Numbered from the stretch's first letter, positions 8,407 to 19,158 are shown. The stretch: DNA of 64,000 nucleotides from Armatimonadota bacterium (GCA_039679675.1 JBDKUN010000030.1:743-64742), one strand, 5' to 3'. Notes: generated from the letters alone by a model not told the origin. Made by a program: numbers and translations.

Positions 8407-11400
8407 TCAGAACAACCTCTGCACGCAGGTCGGCTGCTCCAGATTGGACGAGTTCTTCATCTTTTGAGTGTACGGCCCCAAGTCTGAATTATCCGCAGTA
8501 GGATCATTTCTCCAGATATCAGGGGTATACCACTCGATATAGTTCGGTGAGGAGTCTCGGTGGTAATCCACCTCGAACACCTCGCCGTTGAATTTGCTTC
8601 TGAACAGGTCGCCGATCTGACCAGCGTAGCTGTTCACGATAAGTATCCGGTTATTGGGCAGCATCTGCGCCCTGTACGGCATGAACGGTACCGGAACTAC
8701 AACATTATCCAGAGTAGACTCTTCTCCATTGACCGTGTTTACCTTGGTAATCTTCCTGGACAACGCAGCGTATTCTTTGGCAGTCAAATCCCAGATGATT
8801 TTGCCATCCGAGCCTTCCACCACATAGACCGCCGACGAATCGCAGATAAGCAGCCTCGGAAGAGTGGAATCCAAGGCATCGAAATACGTCGGGCCCGAAA
8901 GCGCGACCTTTGACCCATTACTGGCAGTCAACGTCGTAAGCTGGCTTACGATGACTGAATTGTCATCATAAGTCCACTGGAAGTCACCGGCACCCTCGCG
9001 GTATTTCATGGCGACTATTGCGCCGCCTAACTGCCCACCGCCTGTGCTTTCGGTCTTGACCAGATCATTCGCGGTTCCCAGTCCATAGTTCGAGAGCGAA
9101 GCCCAGACCTGGTTGATGTATATATTCGACCCAGACGATTTATCAACCCCGGAAATCAGCTTCACACTGTTATACGTGAACCGTTTGTCTCTGTCCGTCG
9201 TTCGGGATATCCAATTCAGCTGATGAATCGGCCTGCCGTTGCTGTCTGTCTTTACCGGGCCAAGTATTTGCCTGCTCGCATTTGCGTAATACCTGTCCAC
9301 TATATCAAGAATCCTGAAATTGCCGCTGTCAGCTACCATACAGTGGTTCAGATAATACCAATTACCGTCAATTTTCTCGAACTCGCTCCACATAATGGCA
9401 TCGCTTGGAGACTCAAGCTTTTTCGGCTCTCCGGAGCGAAGGAGACTCCTAAACGAATCATCGAACACTGTGCATGACCATGCTATCTGGCCGCCCCTGT
9501 CGATCCTGAGTATCCGGTCGTTGCCTGAATCGACAACAAGATAATCAGAGCCGTTATACTTCTGAGCGACAAGCGGCTTGTTCAGCGGCTGCGAGGTAGC
9601 TCCATAAATAGTCCCGGTTCCGGAGCCGCTGAGCGGCGCGTATTCTGAAACGGAATCACAGGACCATGAAACCTTGCCGTCCGTCCCGACTTCGAGTAAG
9701 CGGTGGTTGTCTGTCAGCAGGCTCAACTCGTTCTTGAAAAGATAAATCCCGCAGGGTGAAGGCACAACCAGCATACCGTTCCCGCCGGCAAGCGACGATC
9801 TGAAGCTCCCGGTCATGGTGTTGATATCCGGGTCGATGCGCTGTTTCATCTCCGCGATCTTGCCGGCATCGACTATCTTTGTCTTGGAGTCCTCCGGCGT
9901 CGCGTCTACTGGCACGGCGAATATGTAGCCGTCATCACAGGTAAAGTAAACATAATCGCCAAGGACTATTGGCGAACTCGATACACCGGAGCACGGAACA
10001 CCGTCATGGTCAGGCACAGCCATGGACCAAAGCAGGTTGTCCCAGCTGGAGAAATCTACCTGGTCCAGCGGAATAAGCTGGTGGTCGACGAATACCCATA
10101 CAGGAAGCGATGTCGAGAGCATGTTCGTCTGTATCTGCACACCACCCACTGTCAGACCCTGCAGCCTGATTCGGCTGAAATTACTGACCGTAATCGTTCC
10201 CGAATCGTAGTCTATCATATCGCTCGGCACTCTCGTTGCTGCATTGGCGGGTGTCAGAGTCGATGCGCCATCAGCGAATAGGAAATCCGGCTGCCAGACC
10301 GATACATCATACTTCCTGTCCGGCACAGATGGGTCCTTGAGTGACCTGTTCAGCCTGATCGTGAACTCCTGTCCAGCCTTGAGGCAGAGCAGATATCCTC
10401 TGGACATTGCCGAATTACCGGGATCATGAGTAGTAGCGGTGACAAACACTCTGTCGTTCGTTACCGCGGGAGTGCACTTAGCCTCAAGATTGGCGACCGG
10501 ATATATTATCTCCTTTTGCGGATCGGTCGGGTCCGGCAAGCTTGCCTGAACGCCCCAAAATCTGTCCGGCACTCCTGTCATGGAGTTTCTGGTCGCGTCA
10601 AGAAGCGACATCATACCCCCGGCTGTACTACTATCTGCAGCTGGATTAATGAAACTCCCTGCACCGTGCAGAAAATAATTAAAGCCGAGCTTCGCGGAGC
10701 GCGATGTACCGTCAAACCACATCGAGTAGATGGACGAGCGGCCCGAACCTGGAGTGTCTCCCCAATCGACTCCCATATAGAAGGTATCATTGGAACTTAT
10801 CGCTGGAGTCGATGCGGCTTCGAGCTGCTGAGTCAAAACGTCTCCCATGTTAGGCGGCAGTTCATAGTTTGGCGGTATAAAGTTCGTGACTTTGCTATAG
10901 TCTATCGCATAGGACATGTACACCTTGACATTAGGGCCCAGGACGCCGCTTGTTGTTCTGATCGTCACCTGTCCCACTGTACTCGAGATATCAGGCGTAT
11001 CCAGAGGGATAGAATTGCCTGCTCCGTCGACTGCCCACGCCTCTGGCGCCGGATATGACGATATTGGGAGCATGCCATAAGATGTTCTGAACTTGGCAGA
11101 CGTTGGATTGTATCTCAACATAGCCGGGCTGATGGGACTCAACTTGTCACTCGACACAAAGACCGGCAGCGAATAGATATAGTCGTTAGGCGAAGGAGAC
11201 ATTACTTTGGGCGGCCTCCCTATGACCGAGAGCATCTGCACTACGGCGCCGTTGGTCTGGTTCTTCACAAACGCAAGCGTCGGACCGGACTTGACCTTAA
11301 CAGGATTAGCTGAGTTCATGTTAAGAGGAAGCGACCAGTCAGAAGATTGATTGAACATGCTTTTTGAAGCTGCTTCCTTTAGCATCGGACTGTAGGCATA

Positions 11401-12861
11401 GATCTTCCCGTCGCGTCCGGCAACATAAATCCATCCGTTCTGCACGACCGGCGGCAGCAGCGCTCCGTCGCCATCACCAATCGAGCCTGTCCAAAGATCA
11501 TCTCGTAGAGTGTCAGAAGCTAAATTGGATGAGAGAGCACTAAACACATATACATGCCCATCCCTGCAGGTGACGAGCACGAAATCTCTCGGCTCAAGCG
11601 GATCAGCAGATGGATCCAGCATAGTTACTACTGTCGGGCTGGAAATCTCATCCGGGCAATTATGGCTCCAGATCACATCGCAGTCAGCATTTGCCCCATC
11701 GGGCACACCGTCATCCGCGACACCGTTCATGTCGATGTCGTTACCGGGGTTGGCATCCATCGCGTAGAGTGTATTACCTGATGAATAGAATATGATGCCT
11801 TTCCAGATAACAGGGCTGTTCTCTATGTCTCCCCTGCTGATCGCCTGGCTGCAGCGCCATTGTTTCAGAAGCGGTGCACCGAGAGTCTCGACGGAATAGC
11901 CTGTACGGCGATACTCTTTTCTGAATGTTGTATAGGAAGTCGCATACCCGACGACGTTATAAGCAAACCTTACATTAGCCGGAGAAGCGGCCATTATATT
12001 AATGTTGGATGAATTGAGATCCAGATGATCGGGAATAGGACTCGCCCCGTTAATTATCGGATTCTGGATATTTCCGCCTATGAAACCGGAAGTAAAAACC
12101 ACCCGGCCGCTGCCGTACTCTATTGCAGCGATTGTAGGTGGATCGCTGCTGATCCCGCTGCCGCTGGTGGAGACCAGAATCGGCGAAAGCGTGGTAGGGC
12201 TGGGAATCGACGGCCCCCAGCTTGATTCATACCCCGGATTTATGGCTTTGGAAGTCGAGCTGAGCGAAGCAAGCTCAAGCGGATTCAATCTATAAGGCGT
12301 CGTGACCAGCGGGTGAAGTGACTGCAGAAGCATCGGTGTTCCGCCGCCGCCCGATACGAAGTTTATACCAGGAAGGAAAAACTCATCCGCGCCGCTTGGG
12401 AACTTCATATTCCCGCCGTTATCCACCCAGAGACACCCGCCGCCGTCAACATACCTGCGGAGTTTGTCTCTATCGTCCATGGGGAATCTCACAGCCTCGT
12501 CCGCGCTCATATAGAGCACATCGAACTTGGCAAGGTTCTCGTATGTCGTATTCCCCAGCGAGACTTCCCAATATCCTGCATAGTTCTTATAGGCAGCATT
12601 ACCGCCTGCCAGCGGATTGACAAATGTCCAGCCATGCGGTTTGAGGTCGTCTCTCAGCCCCATTATATAGAAGATGTACGGAGCCATCGGCGCGGCTACA
12701 GCGTCTTTATTTATGCCGCTGTCTTTTCTCGGAAGCAGCACCCCCGCGTTAATAACATGCTGTTTATCGACATACGTCTGCGCGCCTGCGAACGCAATCT
12801 GCGCGAGCAGTATGGTTAGGACCAGTATAGCTATTGCTATATATGAAAATCTGCGTATCAT
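8407..12861 (-). CDS. 1484-aa secreted protein; putative PilY1-like pilus-associated adhesin (N-terminal GATase1/ThuA-like region, C-terminal beta-propeller-like repeats)
   Basis: Signal peptide MIRRFSYIAIAILVLTILLAQIAFAGA. N-terminal DVLYMSADEAVRFPMDDRDKLRRYVDGGGCLWVDNGG (ThuA/DUF4159-like). Repeated ...DG.IYA / ..W.. segments suggest PQQ-like propeller blades; sits immediately downstream of the pseudopilin genes in the same operon. Confidence 0.5.
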   Translation of the reverse strand: MIRRFSYIAIAILVLTILLAQIAFAGAQTYVDKQHVINAGVLLPRKDSGINKDAVAAPMAPYIFYIMGLRDDLKPHGWTFVNPLAGGNAAYKNYAGYWEVSLGNTTYENLAKFDVLYMSADEAVRFPMDDRDKLRRYVDGGGCLWVDNGGNMKFPSGADEFFLPGINFVSGGGGTPMLLQSLHPLVTTPYRLNPLELASLSSTSKAINPGYESSWGPSIPSPTTLSPILVSTSGSGISSDPPTIAAIEYGSGRVVFTSGFIGGNIQNPIINGASPIPDHLDLNSSNINIMAASPANVRFAYNVVGYATSYTTFRKEYRRTGYSVETLGAPLLKQWRCSQAISRGDIENSPVIWKGIIFYSSGNTLYAMDANPGNDIDMNGVADDGVPDGANADCDVIWSHNCPDEISSPTVVTMLDPSADPLEPRDFVLVTCRDGHVYVFSALSSNLASDTLRDDLWTGSIGDGDGALLPPVVQNGWIYVAGRDGKIYAYSPMLKEAASKSMFNQSSDWSLPLNMNSANPVKVKSGPTLAFVKNQTNGAVVQMLSVIGRPPKVMSPSPNDYIYSLPVFVSSDKLSPISPAMLRYNPTSAKFRTSYGMLPISSYPAPEAWAVDGAGNSIPLDTPDISSTVGQVTIRTTSGVLGPNVKVYMSYAIDYSKVTNFIPPNYELPPNMGDVLTQQLEAASTPAISSNDTFYMGVDWGDTPGSGRSSIYSMWFDGTSRSAKLGFNYFLHGAGSFINPAADSSTAGGMMSLLDATRNSMTGVPDRFWGVQASLPDPTDPQKEIIYPVANLEAKCTPAVTNDRVFVTATTHDPGNSAMSRGYLLCLKAGQEFTIRLNRSLKDPSVPDRKYDVSVWQPDFLFADGASTLTPANAATRVPSDMIDYDSGTITVSNFSRIRLQGLTVGGVQIQTNMLSTSLPVWVFVDHQLIPLDQVDFSSWDNLLWSMAVPDHDGVPCSGVSSSPIVLGDYVYFTCDDGYIFAVPVDATPEDSKTKIVDAGKIAEMKQRIDPDINTMTGSFRSSLAGGNGMLVVPSPCGIYLFKNELSLLTDNHRLLEVGTDGKVSWSCDSVSEYAPLSGSGTGTIYGATSQPLNKPLVAQKYNGSDYLVVDSGNDRILRIDRGGQIAWSCTVFDDSFRSLLRSGEPKKLESPSDAIMWSEFEKIDGNWYYLNHCMVADSGNFRILDIVDRYYANASRQILGPVKTDSNGRPIHQLNWISRTTDRDKRFTYNSVKLISGVDKSSGSNIYINQVWASLSNYGLGTANDLVKTESTGGGQLGGAIVAMKYREGAGDFQWTYDDNSVIVSQLTTLTASNGSKVALSGPTYFDALDSTLPRLLICDSSAVYVVEGSDGKIIWDLTAKEYAALSRKITKVNTVNGEESTLDNVVVPVPFMPYRAQMLPNNRILIVNSYAGQIGDLFRSKFNGEVFEVDYHRDSSPNYIEWYTPDIWRNDPTADNSDLGPYTQKMKNSSNLEQPTCVQRLF

Positions 12862-12918
12862 TTTGGCTACACACCTTCTTACAAGACTTCAACCCGGCAG
12901 GAATAGCTTTGCCGGCAG

Positions 12919-15639
12919 TTATGTAGGCTCTCCGTAATAGTAAAGCGATCTGCAGACAGGCAGACGCGGCGTAATAGGAAGCGGACGGCCATAATCGTCC
13001 TTACGTACCGGAGTCATCACCCCGCCGTTCTCATATACAGGCCAGCCGACCATCGAATCGTAAAGGAGCGTAAGGCCGTCTCCCTTATGCGCCGTTGCAA
13101 CACTGGACGTGCCGTATTTGTCAGGTATATTACTCCATTTTGAGTACCACTCGCTGACATCTCCGACGGATGCGGGCAGGTTTTCGGTGATCGCTCCATC
13201 TATGGTAATCTTGGTATCGAGCGGCTGCCCGAAAAGCGGCCATTTTTGGTTTACACCCCTGGGCCGGTATCCGTCCTTGCCGGTATCAGCGGCGTTCATG
13301 TTGAACCAGTTGCCTGGAATGATGAAAAACGACCGGTTCTGGGCATACATGACCGCTTCGATGCGAATATCCAGCGGCTGTATGGTGAATGCCGACAATA
13401 AGTAATTATTTCTGGAGTAAGATGACTGATCGAGTCCGATCTCGAAATAGTTCGGCCTTCCGATAGCGTTGTATAACCCGGCCTGATCGAACCCGTTCGC
13501 ACTATCGAATATTTTGTGCTCGAACAAGCTCGAAAGCCCTGTGCCCTCTAGGCAATATCGCGGGTCGCCGCAGCCATAGACCCAATCCGGCGGCAGATAC
13601 TGGCTATTCTGCCCAATATGGAGGAGTCCCTGTGTGCCGCTTCCGCGATTCAGCCACATATTGATGTAAGACGGGCCGTATTGTCCGGCATGCCTTACGA
13701 AAAGCATCGTATCGTTACCCATCTGCCAGCTTCCGGTCGGCGGGCCGAACGAGAACGACGAGAAAAACGTGGTCGAAGGTTCCGGCGTCACTATCAGGTG
13801 ATACGGCGGCTGCCCCGTTCCCGAATCAGACCCGATTGAAGTCGGTCCGAGCGAAGACAGGAGCGATACGAACTGAGTAGTATTTACGCAGACATACTGC
13901 TTGGCAAGAAGCGATACTGCGGAAGTCGGATCGACATTACCATCTGTATCGCGATATTTCAGCAAATTGCCTTCCACATAGATGATCCCGCCGGAGACCA
14001 CAGTAAGCTGCTTGCCCTGGGCCAGCATACCTTTGATACGTATATTCCCTTCGGCATAGATAACGCCGTTTCGGTCGATGGTTATATCCTGCGCTGTCTT
14101 GTTTCCGCTGTCATCCACATTGTAATGAGTGAACGTCTGTGTCCCCTGCGGATACGGAATAGTTATGGTAGAACCCTTGTCGTTCATCGGAACCCCGAAA
14201 GAGTTGTACCAAACAGACTTCTTGCCGTAAAGGGCGTCACTCCTCTTGCTCTTGATGTCTGTCCTTGTGATAGTGATATCCGGCTGGTTGTCCCCGTCCG
14301 TATCGTATGGGTTCAAGGTGATGACAACGCCTGGCGGGACGTAATAGGGTCCCTGCCAGTAGGCGGACATATCGTTGTTCGGCTTCATCCAGTCCGCTCT
14401 GGGGGTGTAACCTCCGAAAAGTGTCTCACTTTCCTGCTGAATATCATCGCTGTTATCGATATAAATGCCGCGGCCCCAACCATATCGGCCGCTGTTCACC
14501 CACCTTTGGGTTCCCCAGCCCTGCTGGAGCCATATACCCGAGTCGCGCGTAAGCGCTATGTATCTGGAGACCTTGGTAGGCGTGTCTTCATCGTCCAAAA
14601 GCGGCGGTTCCAGCCGTTTGATGCCTCTGGCGTTTTTGCCGGCATCCGGGCTATCAGAACCATCGCGGTAAAAACCATATGCTGTAGTAAACGGCTGAGT
14701 ATAATCCGACGGCTGGACAGGATAACTGTTCACCGTGCCTCCGTTGATTACCTCATAAAGAGTTACAGGGACCGGCTGGCTGCTATTGTTGACATCAACA
14801 TTTTCATGTTTGATCGTTCCGGAGACTTCCACCATATCGAGCGGCATGTAATCGGTATTTGAGCCGTCCTGATAACTGGTTCCCCTGAGCACCAGGTCTA
14901 TTCTATTGCCGTACCATTCAAGGTTGCCGTTTACCCTGATCGGCGCCCCACGGACGCCCTCCCCTGCTGTTGTTTCGTTGCCGTATTTCACATTGAACCC
15001 GGCAGCGCCGAGCGGAATATCCTCTGATTTTTTCTCCAGATTTGTCACGAACCTGAGATAGTCCGTAACGCCGATCGGTTTATATGCAGTGAGTTCCCGG
15101 CGAAGACGGACATTGCTGTCCCAGGTGGTAGGGTCGTCATTTTCGACGGTACCGATCCGGCCTATGGACTCGATCTTTATATATTTGGACATCGGGTCTT
15201 TCGGATCCGGATTGTAGCTGACACGAAGCAGGTACCGGCCATCTCCCATTCTGAAGGTAGTATACCCGCCGGTCGGGCCGGTGCTGCCATCTGTAGCTTC
15301 GGCAGCAGAATAAGGCCTTAGCCATTGAAAATCGGGGTTAAGTGTGTTATCGACTCCTGCAGTACTGGTCTTCGGCATATTGTCCGGTACAGGACGCCAA
15401 TCAGCGCCGTCATCGCTCGTCATGAGCATGTTATCCGCGTAATGTATGCCTGCTTCCGACAGGTATTGTGCCGTAATGACGTCTCTCGACCGTCCGGCGC
15501 GGCCCTGGTTCCGGGCGACGAGCACGACAAACACTACACTGATGAACGCGAGCAAAAGCATCACTATGATTGCGATCACCAGTGATTGCCCACGCTCGTT
15601 TCCAAGCTGCACCTTGCTTTTATTCATCGATTTCATCAT
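12919..15639 (-). CDS. Giant (906 aa) GspK/PilX-like minor pseudopilin lacking Glu+5
   Basis: N-terminus KVQLGNERG/QSLVIAIIVMLLLAFISVVFVVLV has a class-III signal-peptide-like leader plus hydrophobic helix, but Ile instead of Glu at +5 (a GspK hallmark); last pilin gene in the operon, as gspK is. Confidence 0.55.
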   Translation of the reverse strand: MMKSMNKSKVQLGNERGQSLVIAIIVMLLLAFISVVFVVLVARNQGRAGRSRDVITAQYLSEAGIHYADNMLMTSDDGADWRPVPDNMPKTSTAGVDNTLNPDFQWLRPYSAAEATDGSTGPTGGYTTFRMGDGRYLLRVSYNPDPKDPMSKYIKIESIGRIGTVENDDPTTWDSNVRLRRELTAYKPIGVTDYLRFVTNLEKKSEDIPLGAAGFNVKYGNETTAGEGVRGAPIRVNGNLEWYGNRIDLVLRGTSYQDGSNTDYMPLDMVEVSGTIKHENVDVNNSSQPVPVTLYEVINGGTVNSYPVQPSDYTQPFTTAYGFYRDGSDSPDAGKNARGIKRLEPPLLDDEDTPTKVSRYIALTRDSGIWLQQGWGTQRWVNSGRYGWGRGIYIDNSDDIQQESETLFGGYTPRADWMKPNNDMSAYWQGPYYVPPGVVITLNPYDTDGDNQPDITITRTDIKSKRSDALYGKKSVWYNSFGVPMNDKGSTITIPYPQGTQTFTHYNVDDSGNKTAQDITIDRNGVIYAEGNIRIKGMLAQGKQLTVVSGGIIYVEGNLLKYRDTDGNVDPTSAVSLLAKQYVCVNTTQFVSLLSSLGPTSIGSDSGTGQPPYHLIVTPEPSTTFFSSFSFGPPTGSWQMGNDTMLFVRHAGQYGPSYINMWLNRGSGTQGLLHIGQNSQYLPPDWVYGCGDPRYCLEGTGLSSLFEHKIFDSANGFDQAGLYNAIGRPNYFEIGLDQSSYSRNNYLLSAFTIQPLDIRIEAVMYAQNRSFFIIPGNWFNMNAADTGKDGYRPRGVNQKWPLFGQPLDTKITIDGAITENLPASVGDVSEWYSKWSNIPDKYGTSSVATAHKGDGLTLLYDSMVGWPVYENGGVMTPVRKDDYGRPLPITPRLPVCRSLYYYGEPT

Positions 15640-15653
15640 TGCTCGCCTTATCC

Positions 15654-17432
15654 TTATCTCAACAGGTTTCTCACACGGACCTTGTTCGTAAGCTCCATTG
15701 GATGAACTTTCTGGGTGTTCCGGTCGTAGTATCGAATGCCCATGGTTATCTGCATAAGAGTCTTAGTCGTATAATTGCCTATGACCACATCACCATCACG
15801 GTTACACTGGAATTTGTAGCTTATCTCGAACCTGGAAACTCCAGTGGACATTGTCTCCGGGATCACTTCGTCGTAGGCCGGGCTGAAAACAATCCAACCA
15901 ACCCTTTTGTCCGCGTTCGCGCTGTCGCTCATGCCGTAATCTATCTTGTACTGGTTCCTTCTCGGATCGCCGAGATTGAACGGCACGCGCTCATACCTGA
16001 CCATCCTGATTTCTTCCGGCTGCAGCCCCGGAGTCATATCCGGGCCCATAACCACTTCGCTTCCAGGGACTATCCTCGGCTTAAATTCGGAGTTCGACGG
16101 AACATTGCTGAACATCGTGAGCCGGTATATACGGGCCGGAGCGTTGCCGGGAGCGGTATTGGCCGCACGTTGGTTCATGGCAATAATATCGTCCTGGTGT
16201 ATCACATCCGAATCAGGAAAATCGAACCGCACCTCGCCTTTGACAGGATCGACATCAAACGCGACTTCGGGATTATTCGCTGGGAAAACTTTGTTCGTCT
16301 CGTAATCGGTGATGTCGAAAACAAAGGTCGGTTTACCTGCAGAATCATACCTATTGATTATCAGGTGTTTATTATCACCTTGGCGCGCGGTCCGGTACCA
16401 GATATCGTTGGCCTGCGTTGCCGGATTGTAGCGGTTCAGCGACACATTGTACATCTCAAGGTTGGAATCCCCTACCGAACTCGCCCACGCACCGTAACTG
16501 GCTCTAAAAACAGTCGGAATGCTCACCGGTGACTCTTTGCCCTCATCGGTGACATATGCCGGTTTGAAGGTGTCATCCGTTACCGGGGACGACTGGAACC
16601 GTACGCTCGGAACTACTGCCACGATCTTGTCTTTCGCATCGTTCATCCTCAAAAGCACGAGGTCGGTATCCGCCTGCGGGCCGACAGGCTTCGAGACAGC
16701 CTTCCAATTCTCCCAGAAAGGCTTACCATTTCCACCATTAGGAATATCCGTGCTGTAGAAGAAATCCGGGTCGTCGAGGATGGGTTTACCGTCAGTATCG
16801 AATTTGAAAAGGTTTTTATCGTATGGATCGACTTCAGCACGGTAGAGAATAAACCCGTTCAACGGAGAAGCGGAATCAGCCCAGTCCCGGTAGTTCGCTG
16901 CGGGATATGATGTAGAATTTGCATTGGGATCGTTATTGACCAGACCCACGAAATAACGCACGATCTTACCATCGGCAACGAGAGGCTCCTTCGGACGGGC
17001 TTCCACATCGGTAGACCCACACACTGGGCACGGCGGCCATGCGTCATCGCCTCGTTCATAATCACGAGGCTCGCTCTCGTCATGTTGAGGGTTGTTGCAG
17101 TGCATAACCAGCTTGGGCATTATAAGGTCGATCTTGCCGTACAGCGCCGTTATTTGTTCCCTGGTGCCGTTCGGCTGTTCGACCGGAAAGACAATCGGGC
17201 TGTTCGAGTTGTCATAGACAAACATCGCCTGGCTGACCTCCCGGCTCACCTGTTCCAGGGTCGTCCGGGCGGTATCCTGGGCCATAACCATCGCATTGGC
17301 CTGGCTGGTCATGTTGAATGTCTGGACGATAGGATAAAAGATCAGGCCCATCAGGATAATCGTGATAGTAATGACCACGAGAAGCTCAATTAACGTAAAA
17401 CCTGCTCTTGTCCTCTTATTGAACATAACCAC
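15654..17432 (-). CDS. Large (592 aa) prepilin-type N-terminal cleavage/methylation domain pseudopilin
   Basis: MVMFNKRTRAG/FTLIELLVVITITIIL is the canonical G|FTLIE prepilin motif with Glu+5, followed by a large periplasmic domain. Confidence 0.75.
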   Translation of the reverse strand: MVMFNKRTRAGFTLIELLVVITITIILMGLIFYPIVQTFNMTSQANAMVMAQDTARTTLEQVSREVSQAMFVYDNSNSPIVFPVEQPNGTREQITALYGKIDLIMPKLVMHCNNPQHDESEPRDYERGDDAWPPCPVCGSTDVEARPKEPLVADGKIVRYFVGLVNNDPNANSTSYPAANYRDWADSASPLNGFILYRAEVDPYDKNLFKFDTDGKPILDDPDFFYSTDIPNGGNGKPFWENWKAVSKPVGPQADTDLVLLRMNDAKDKIVAVVPSVRFQSSPVTDDTFKPAYVTDEGKESPVSIPTVFRASYGAWASSVGDSNLEMYNVSLNRYNPATQANDIWYRTARQGDNKHLIINRYDSAGKPTFVFDITDYETNKVFPANNPEVAFDVDPVKGEVRFDFPDSDVIHQDDIIAMNQRAANTAPGNAPARIYRLTMFSNVPSNSEFKPRIVPGSEVVMGPDMTPGLQPEEIRMVRYERVPFNLGDPRRNQYKIDYGMSDSANADKRVGWIVFSPAYDEVIPETMSTGVSRFEISYKFQCNRDGDVVIGNYTTKTLMQITMGIRYYDRNTQKVHPMELTNKVRVRNLLR

Positions 17433-17499
17433 TACCTCTTTGCCGGACGGTTATTATGCTTCCGACACGCTTATGCTTTCTCTCAAAGGTAATCCGGCA

Positions 17500-19158
17500 T
17501 TAATCCGAAGATTTTTTCGCAATAATCGAATCCAGATCGACATGCCGCCACTTTTCAGTCTCGCGCCAGATGACTCTCGCTCTCACGGAAACGCCGTTGA
17601 CCGAGAGAATCCTTGTCGGCTCGTTGCTGAGATCGATATAAGTGCTATCGATGCCGCCATATCGGAGCAACGCGTCGGATGTCTTATGGCACTCGCCAAG
17701 GACCCTTCTGGTCTGCCCGTTCAGAGCGTATTCGTAATCGACCGAGATCGTATGACAGGCATTACAGGCCGCGAGCCACAACCGCTGTGGGTTATTTGAT
17801 TCATCAATGGCATAACTCTTATAATCCAGCTGGCCGGAGTTGTAGTCTCTATCGTACTGTACATAGGCTTTTTGGAACTGGAGCGACCAATCGCCTTCTG
17901 CTTTGTAGTAGAACCGGATATTCCGCCCCGCCGGAGAAATAGTAACATTTGAATTTCCACCGGTCCCGAAAAGCTCAATATTCTCGGGTAGATCTACTGT
18001 ACCGTTCTCATAATCGACCCACTCGGAGTCAAACGCAATCTGCCGGCCTGACTCAAGGTCCACAGCGATCATATCGGGGACAAATTTGGTTCCATTCGGC
18101 CCCGGAACGCTAAATCGCGGGTTCAGTCCTGCATACGGTTCACCGTTCAACTCCATGGACACGCCGCTCTCTTTTATGTGGTTGAGCGTCATATGCACAC
18201 GGTAAGGCGCATTCGTAGGAACGCGCTTGTCCTCATGGATAATCTCCAGATCGAGAATATCGTAATCGATCCGCGCCTTGAGCGGACGGCCGAACTCCTG
18301 TTGGCTGTAGCCGATTGGGTTGAACGATATAATACCGAGCAACGGATCCACCATCATGTATTCATACGGATCAGATGACCAGCTTGTAACCTCTGAAAAC
18401 CCACGTGCCACTGTGTCGCTGTATCTGTCGATACCCGCGTACGAAGCACCGGATGCCATACGATCCTGGATCGCCGGACCGAAATTGATCCACCCCTCTG
18501 TCCCGCCCGGAACTTCTATTTTTATGTTCGTGACCGTCCGCAGGTGAGGATTACTGCTTCCGTTCGGCGTTTCCCACCAGGAACAGCTGAGATAATAAAT
18601 ATGTGTCTGGCTCGATTCGCGGAAGCATACCGACAGGTTATCATAATCTATGGCATACTGGGAGGACCTAAGGAACTTCCATGGCTCCGTGTTGTCATCG
18701 GAATCCATCACCCGTCGTGATAGATTGCTTCCCTTTATGACAATTCCACCGTGAGTTGTATCTATCGGGCTGAAAGAGAGCACATAAGTCGAACCGCTCA
18801 ATGGCCCAGTGGACCATCCGCCGAAGGGTATGCGAACAGTCTCGCCTATGATCCGGCGAAAAGAGGTAGCATTGTCATCACCGACCGGCGGTCCCGGAAA
18901 ACAATCGTTAAGGACAACACCTGATGAATCTATCGGCAGAACGCCATCCGGCAGGTTCTCGGAATTGTTTTTCCACCGCTCCATCTCGAACTGAGCAAGC
19001 CGACCGGCCAGAGTCACATGTTCGGCATGGCGGACAGACCGGAACCCAGGCGGGTACAGCCTGACCACAGTCAGAATTCCCACCACGAGCACGATCAATA
19101 CAACCAGCACCTCGACTAACGAGGTGCCCCGATTATCTTTAGCTCTCAAGCACACCAT
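17500..19158 (-). CDS. Large (about 552-559 aa) prepilin-type pseudopilin
   Basis: ORF 17500..19179; leader MVCLRAKDNRG/TSLVEVLVVLIVLVVGIL has Gly-1 and Glu+5. Start is either 19179 or the internal ATG at 19158, which gives a short leader. Confidence 0.7.
   Translation of the reverse strand: MVCLRAKDNRGTSLVEVLVVLIVLVVGILTVVRLYPPGFRSVRHAEHVTLAGRLAQFEMERWKNNSENLPDGVLPIDSSGVVLNDCFPGPPVGDDNATSFRRIIGETVRIPFGGWSTGPLSGSTYVLSFSPIDTTHGGIVIKGSNLSRRVMDSDDNTEPWKFLRSSQYAIDYDNLSVCFRESSQTHIYYLSCSWWETPNGSSNPHLRTVTNIKIEVPGGTEGWINFGPAIQDRMASGASYAGIDRYSDTVARGFSEVTSWSSDPYEYMMVDPLLGIISFNPIGYSQQEFGRPLKARIDYDILDLEIIHEDKRVPTNAPYRVHMTLNHIKESGVSMELNGEPYAGLNPRFSVPGPNGTKFVPDMIAVDLESGRQIAFDSEWVDYENGTVDLPENIELFGTGGNSNVTISPAGRNIRFYYKAEGDWSLQFQKAYVQYDRDYNSGQLDYKSYAIDESNNPQRLWLAACNACHTISVDYEYALNGQTRRVLGECHKTSDALLRYGGIDSTYIDLSNEPTRILSVNGVSVRARVIWRETEKWRHVDLDSIIAKKSSD

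Noticed and set aside
10426-11058. 210-aa + strand ORF (and similar long ORFs at 14125..14862, 15570..16532, 24240..25115, 27253..27960, 33392..34405, 56393..57166, 25173..25811)
   Set aside because: All lie antisense inside long, motif-supported minus-strand genes (PilY1-like, pseudopilins, pilB, alaS, rsmG, etc.). They have Arg/Cys/His-rich shadow-ORF composition and no start context or motifs.
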